Source: Planctomycetota bacterium (GTDB lineage Bacteria > Planctomycetota > UBA11346). From it: a stretch of DNA of 11,802 nt. Under the pieces are notes generated by a model. It ran no database searches and had not been told where the DNA came from. It saw only the letters and a list, made by a program, of their open reading frames with translations. The translations under genes were made by a program, and so were the position numbers. Of this stretch, positions 7,567-11,802 are shown piece after piece. The DNA lies in assembly GCA_038213805.1 (NCBI GenBank), contig JBBQSO010000124.1, positions 1-11,802 on the forward strand, written 5' to 3'. The number at the start of each line of letters is the position of its first letter. Position 1 is the stretch's first letter.

Positions 7567-8529
7567 ATGGAAGATCCCTACTCCCAGCTGGCCAACCGCC
7601 TCGCCCGCGTGCACCGCCATCTGCGCAAATGGGCGCGGCGCAGCGCGGTCACCTGCTACCGCCTGTATGAGAAGGACATCGCCGACCAGCCGCTGATCGT
7701 CGACTGGTACGATGGCGACGCGGTGGTGTGGGCCTTTGCGCGCACCCGCAACGAGACCGTGGCGGACGAGGAGGCGTGGCTCGCGGCGGTGGTCAGCGCA
7801 GTCGCCAGCGGTCTGCAGCTCGCGCCGGAGCGCATCTACCTCAAGCGCCGCTTCCGCCAGCAGGACCGCCAGGAAGGCGACGGCCAGTACCACCGCGTCG
7901 CCGCACGCGGCACGGTCAAGTCCGTGGCGGAGCAGGGGCTGCTCTTCGAGGTCAACCTCTCCGACTACGTCGATACGGGCCTGTTCCTCGATCACCGGCC
8001 GACGCGCGCCGTGGTGCGCGCGGCGGCGGCGGGGAAGCGCGTGCTCAATCTCTTCGCCTACACCGGCGCCTTCACCGTCTACGCGCGCGCCGGCGGCGCG
8101 GCTGCGACCACCACGGTCGATCTCAGCAACACCTACCTCGACTGGTGCGCGCGCAATTTCGCGCTCAACGGCCAGGAGCCCAGCCCCGCCCACCGCATCG
8201 TGCGCGCGGACTGCCTGGACTGGCTCGCGGCCGCGCCCCCCGCCGAGGAGCGCTACGACCTGATCGTTTGCGATCCGCCGACCTTTTCGAATTCCAAGTC
8301 CATGGCCAAACCGTTCAGCGTCGCCACCGACCACCCCTGGCTGCTGGAGCGCTGCAGCCAGCGCTTGGCGCCCGGCGGTACGCTGTATTTCAGCACCAAC
8401 TTCCGCGACTTCCGCCTCGCCGACAGCGGTCTGCCGCCGCTGCGCGTCGAGGAGGTCACCGCGAGCAGCATCCCCGAGGATTTCCGCAACAAGCGCATCC
8501 ATCGCTGCTGGCGCATGACGCGCGCGTAA
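7567..8529 (+). CDS. rlmK: Stand-alone RlmK-like 23S rRNA m7G2069 methyltransferase (C-terminal half of RlmKL; RlmI/RlmK family)
   Basis: ANRL...LRKWARR, CYRLYEKDI, VNLSDYVDTGLFLDHR, LNLFAYTG, VDLSNTYLDW, DPPTFSNSKSM, FSTNFR, SIPEDFRNKRIHRCW. Likely start is ATG 7567 (320 aa); the upstream part of the ORF-track frame overlaps the opposite-strand gene. Confidence 0.88.
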   Translation: MEDPYSQLANRLARVHRHLRKWARRSAVTCYRLYEKDIADQPLIVDWYDGDAVVWAFARTRNETVADEEAWLAAVVSAVASGLQLAPERIYLKRRFRQQDRQEGDGQYHRVAARGTVKSVAEQGLLFEVNLSDYVDTGLFLDHRPTRAVVRAAAAGKRVLNLFAYTGAFTVYARAGGAAATTTVDLSNTYLDWCARNFALNGQEPSPAHRIVRADCLDWLAAAPPAEERYDLIVCDPPTFSNSKSMAKPFSVATDHPWLLERCSQRLAPGGTLYFSTNFRDFRLADSGLPPLRVEEVTASSIPEDFRNKRIHRCWRMTRA

Positions 8530-8531
8530 GC

Positions 8532-8550
8532 GTGAGCGTCGAGGCAGGCT
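8532..8550 (+). repeat. Orphan IS66-end-like sequence
   Basis: GTGAGCGTCGAGGCAGGCT matches the IS66 IR (GTGAGCGTCCAGGCATCCT) at 16/19, and 14 of the first 15; it is intergenic, just after the rlmK stop. Confidence 0.4.
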
Positions 8551-8581
8551 GCGCGAATACCGTTGGACAGAGGCCGATCAG

Positions 8582-8603
8582 TTAGTTATCTATTGATTAC
8601 TTA
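8582..8603. promoter_or_regulatory. AT-rich imperfect palindrome, putative repressor operator overlapping the CPBP start codon
   Basis: TTAGTTATCTATTGATTACTTA has 16/22 self-complementary positions and is bracketed by GATCA...TGATC. TGGACA (-35-like) at 8564-8569. No Shine-Dalgarno before ATG 8603. Confidence 0.55.
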
Positions 8604-9286
8604 TGATCCCCTGGCCCTTCCTGCTGCCTGCCCTGCTCCTGCCCGTGCTCGGCACCGTCCTCTACTTCATCACCCTCGCCGGCCAGCCCGCCGCGCCGCT
8701 GGTCTATGGCGCGCTCAAGCTCGTCAAGGTGCTGTATCCGCTTGCCTGCCTGTGGCGATGGGGTCGACCGCGGCCGCTGGCAACCACGGGCACGCGCCGC
8801 GCCGCCCTGCTCGCCGGCCTTGGCGCCGGGCTGCTGATGGCCAGCGGGCTGGCCGCCATGGCCTACGGACCGCTCGCCGGCCTGCGCACTGCGGCCGCCC
8901 CGCACATCGCGGCGAAAATCGCGGAATTCCACTGCAGTGGCCTGGTTCCCTACCTGGTGCTCAGCCTGGGGCTCAGCCTCGCGCACAGCGCCTTCGAAGA
9001 ATACTATTGGCGCTGGTTCGTCTTCGGCCACCTGAGCGAACGCCTGCCCATGCCGGCCGCGCATGCGCTGGCCGGGGTCGGGTTCGCCCTGCACCACGTC
9101 GTCGTCGCCGCCGTCTACGTCGGCTGGGGCTGGGGCCTGGCGCTGGGTGCGGTGGTCGGCGTGGCGGGCGCGTGTTGGAGTCTGCTCTACCAGCGCAGCG
9201 GCCGCCTGGTCGGAGCCTGGCTCGCCCACGCCTGCTGCGACGCGGTGCTGATGCTGATCGGCTGGCAGGCGCTTAGCGGGCACTGA
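8603..9286 (+). CDS. CPBP family intramembrane glutamic endopeptidase (CAAX protease/Abi-like)
   Basis: Multiple hydrophobic segments; EEYYWR (EExxxR), FALHH (FxxxH) and AHACCD (HxxxN/D) motifs. Confidence 0.92.
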   Translation: MIPWPFLLPALLLPVLGTVLYFITLAGQPAAPLVYGALKLVKVLYPLACLWRWGRPRPLATTGTRRAALLAGLGAGLLMASGLAAMAYGPLAGLRTAAAPHIAAKIAEFHCSGLVPYLVLSLGLSLAHSAFEEYYWRWFVFGHLSERLPMPAAHALAGVGFALHHVVVAAVYVGWGWGLALGAVVGVAGACWSLLYQRSGRLVGAWLAHACCDAVLMLIGWQALSGH

Positions 9287-9363
9287 CGGGGTGGGTGCCC
9301 CGCCGACCGGTGTGCGCCCCGGCAGGCGCTTGCGCCCGCCCACCGGCGAGCCGACCATCGCGC

Positions 9364-10806
9364 ATGCCGCTACCGGCCCCACTCGTCCCGCTCCTTGAAG
9401 GTACCCTCATCGACGAGGCCGCCGTCGCCCTCGGCCAGGATCTGGGCGAGCTCATGGAGCGCGCCGGTGCGGCGCTGGCGCGCGAGGCCCAGCAGATGGC
9501 GGGCGACGGTGTCATCCTGGTCGCCTGCGGGCCGAGCAACAACGGCGGCGACGGCTACGTGTGTGCGCGCCTGCTCGCCGCGGCCGGTCGCCAGGTGCAG
9601 GTGTGGCCGGTGCTCAAGCCGAAGAGCGCGCTGTGCATCGCCCAGGCCGAACTGCTGCCGGAGAGCGTCGACATCCTGGCGCGCCCCCCGGCCAAGGCAC
9701 CCGCCCTGCTGGTCGACGCGGTGCTGGGCGCGGGCATGCGCGGCCGCCCGCGCGAGCCGGTGGCCTCGGCGCTGCTGCAGCTGCGCGAACTGCGCTGCCC
9801 GATCCTGTCCGCGGACGTGCCGAGCGGCCTGGGCAGCGACCTGTGCCTGCCGGCGAAGCTGACGCTGTGCTTCCAGGTCGCCAAGCTCGAGTTGCTGCGC
9901 CACTCTGTCGGCGAGTTCAAGACCGTCGACATCGGCGTGGTCGCTGCCGCCTACCAGGACGTGCAGCCGTCCTGCTTCCGACGCTTCCCGGTGCTCAAGC
10001 GCACTGGCCACAAGGGCACCCACGGCGAGCTGCTGGTGATCGGCGGCGGCGTCTTCCCGGGCGCCCTCGAGTTCGCCTGCCGCGCGGCGGTGATGACCGG
10101 CTGCGACCTGGTGCGCGCGTGGACGGCCGAAGGGCCGAAGCTGCCCCCCGGCATCGTCGTGCACCGCCAGATGAACCGCGTGCTGGCGCCCGCCGACGCC
10201 GTCGAGCTGACGCCCCTGCTGGTGCGCGCCAGCGCGGTGCTGATCGGCAACGGTCTGGGCCGCGAGCCCGGCGCGCATGAGGCGGCGCAGCAGGCCTTCA
10301 GCCTGGCCGTCGAGATGGGCGTGCCGGTGATCGTCGACGCCGACGCCATCGCCGCGCTCGGCGACCAGCTGCGCGAGCTCGAAGAGGGCGACGCGCGCAT
10401 CCTCATCACTCCGCACCGCACCGAGGCGCGCAATCTGATCGGCAGCGGCATCGATGAGGAGACCCTGCACGCCTGGGCGCGACCCGACCGCGTGCTGCTG
10501 GCCAAGGGCACCGTCGACCTGATCAGCGACGGCTGGCGGTGGCAGCGCAATCCGCGCGGCAACCCGCGCATGGCGGTGGGCGGTACCGGCGACGTCCTCG
10601 CCGGCCTCGCCGCCGGCCTGATGGCGCGCGGCGCCTCGCCCTTCGACGCCGCGCGCATGGCCGTGCTGTGGATCACCACCGCCGCGGACGGCCTGTGGCA
10701 GGAGCTCGGCCCGTGCTACGACGCCGATTCCGTAATTGCGGCCCTGCCGGTGACCCTGCGCGGGTTCCTCACGCCGCTCGGCATGTGGCCGCCGGTTTCG
10801 GGGTGA
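9364..10806 (+). CDS. nnr: Bifunctional NAD(P)H-hydrate epimerase/dehydratase (YjeF_N + carbohydrate kinase fold), 480 aa
   Basis: LMERAG, GPSNNGGDG, VDAVLGAG, ADVPSG, HKGTHG, IGNGLG, VDADA, ITPHRTE, GGTGDVLAG. ATG 9364 preferred over GTG 9295. Confidence 0.95.
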   Translation: MPLPAPLVPLLEGTLIDEAAVALGQDLGELMERAGAALAREAQQMAGDGVILVACGPSNNGGDGYVCARLLAAAGRQVQVWPVLKPKSALCIAQAELLPESVDILARPPAKAPALLVDAVLGAGMRGRPREPVASALLQLRELRCPILSADVPSGLGSDLCLPAKLTLCFQVAKLELLRHSVGEFKTVDIGVVAAAYQDVQPSCFRRFPVLKRTGHKGTHGELLVIGGGVFPGALEFACRAAVMTGCDLVRAWTAEGPKLPPGIVVHRQMNRVLAPADAVELTPLLVRASAVLIGNGLGREPGAHEAAQQAFSLAVEMGVPVIVDADAIAALGDQLRELEEGDARILITPHRTEARNLIGSGIDEETLHAWARPDRVLLAKGTVDLISDGWRWQRNPRGNPRMAVGGTGDVLAGLAAGLMARGASPFDAARMAVLWITTAADGLWQELGPCYDADSVIAALPVTLRGFLTPLGMWPPVSG

Positions 10807-10808
10807 AC

Positions 10809-10874
10809 AGACCCTAGAACCTTAGACCCTAGACCCTAGACGCTAGAACCTAGACGCTAGACGCTAGACCCTAG
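10809..10874. repeat. Heptamer tandem repeat, 9 units of AGA(C/A)(C/G)CT
   Basis: AGACCCT AGAACCT T AGACCCT AGACCCT AGACGCT AGAACCT AGACGCT AGACGCT AGACCCT AG, starting 2 bp after the nnr stop. Confidence 0.97.
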
Positions 10875-10946
10875 GGGAGACAAGTTGCCCGTGTCTACGG
10901 AGGGTACTCAGAAACACTCGCTCGAGGTTTGCGCCACATCCACCTA

Positions 10947-11802
10947 GTACATCGTTCGATTAGTCCGAGGAACCTTTCTGGAATCGCTTTGTCAGGCGAA
11001 TTATCTTCCTGAGCTTTGCTGGTCCCGCCGTCCAGGCGAATGGACCGCAGCGTTTATTGTATTCCCTAATGTAGCGCTTGAGGAACTTTGCCAATTCCTT
11101 CGTCGAGTTATGGACGGCTTGCTGCAATCCCTGACGCGTCATGATGCTGAAAAAGCATTCGATGAGATTGGTCCAGGATGCGTGCGTCGGGGTGTAATGG
11201 AAGGTCACCCCGGGATATCGCGCGAGCCACTCCTGCGCAGCCCCGTTCTTGTGAGTGTTCAAGTTGTCCATGATCACGCAGAGTCGCCGTCCGGCGTACT
11301 TCTTGGCCAGGTCATCCATGAAATGCAGGAAATCTTTGGAAGTCCGGCGATCGGTTACGTGGCCAAAGACTTCGCCGGAAGCCACATCCAATGAGGCGAT
11401 GAGCGTCTTGGTTCCATGCCGGACGTACTCGTTGGTCCACGCCCGGGGCTTCTTCGGACCCGGTGGACTCACCGGCTGAGTTCGATCGAGGGCTTGGATC
11501 CCGGTCTTTTCATCCACGCAGAGAACCAGGGCATTCTCTGGTGGATTCATGTACAGCCCGACCACTTCCAAGAGCTTGTCTTCGAATCTCGGGTCGGGAC
11601 TGAAGGTGAAGGTGCGCAGGCGGTGAGGGTGCAAATCGTGGTCCTGCATAACCTCGTGCACGGTAGTCGGTGGCATATCCAGGTGGTCGGCCAGTGTGCG
11701 GACGCTCCATCGCGATAGGTGGGACGGAGGTTCCGTGCAGACCGTTGAGACCACACGCTGGATATCAGCAATTGTCCATGCGGGCGGACGGCCGGAGCGC
11801 GC
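10947..11802 (-). mobile_element. IS630-family insertion sequence, 3' part
   Basis: Transposase stop is followed on the minus strand by TCGAACGATGTAC-TAG. IS630 elements duplicate TA, often within CTAG (here 10944-10947). GC is visibly lower than in host genes. The exact boundary needs the other end. Confidence 0.88.
10960..11802 (-). CDS. IS630 transposase, 5'-truncated by window edge
   Basis: Frame is open to the edge (ARSGRPP..). WSVRTLA HTH, SPDPRFEDK, VDEKTGIQALDR, EYVRHGT, MDNLNTHK, HYTPTHASWTNLIECFF (DDE triad). Confidence 0.96.
   Translation of the reverse strand, partial: ARSGRPPAWTIADIQRVVSTVCTEPPSHLSRWSVRTLADHLDMPPTTVHEVMQDHDLHPHRLRTFTFSPDPRFEDKLLEVVGLYMNPPENALVLCVDEKTGIQALDRTQPVSPPGPKKPRAWTNEYVRHGTKTLIASLDVASGEVFGHVTDRRTSKDFLHFMDDLAKKYAGRRLCVIMDNLNTHKNGAAQEWLARYPGVTFHYTPTHASWTNLIECFFSIMTRQGLQQAVHNSTKELAKFLKRYIREYNKRCGPFAWTAGPAKLRKIIRLTKRFQKGSSD

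Noticed and set aside
10809..10874. CRISPR array
   Set aside because: Units are 7 bp with no spacers, and no cas genes are present.
1..11802. Composite transposon bounded by the two IS elements
   Set aside because: IS66 and IS630 are different families with incompatible ends, and the interior includes host-like housekeeping genes.

Overview
High-GC bacterial window (taxon not determinable; a Planctomycetota-like origin is only a guess) with a partial insertion sequence at each edge: the 3' part and right end of an IS66 (1-815) and the 3' part and end of an IS630 (about 10947-11802). Between them, in order: a large secreted protein (12 NHL repeats, PA14, Ig-like, PA14, PA14); an unannotated C-terminal gene remnant resembling PhoD; a 46-bp palindrome made of two IS66-type ends; a TPR-like gene split by one in-frame TAG; an Erm-like rRNA adenine methyltransferase divergent from a stand-alone RlmK-like methyltransferase; a CPBP intramembrane protease with an AT-rich operator-like palindrome over its start; a fused NAD(P)HX repair enzyme (Nnr) with archaeal-looking motifs; and a CTAG-rich heptamer tandem array. 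No rRNA, tRNA or CRISPR array was seen. All family assignments are by motif recognition, not database search.
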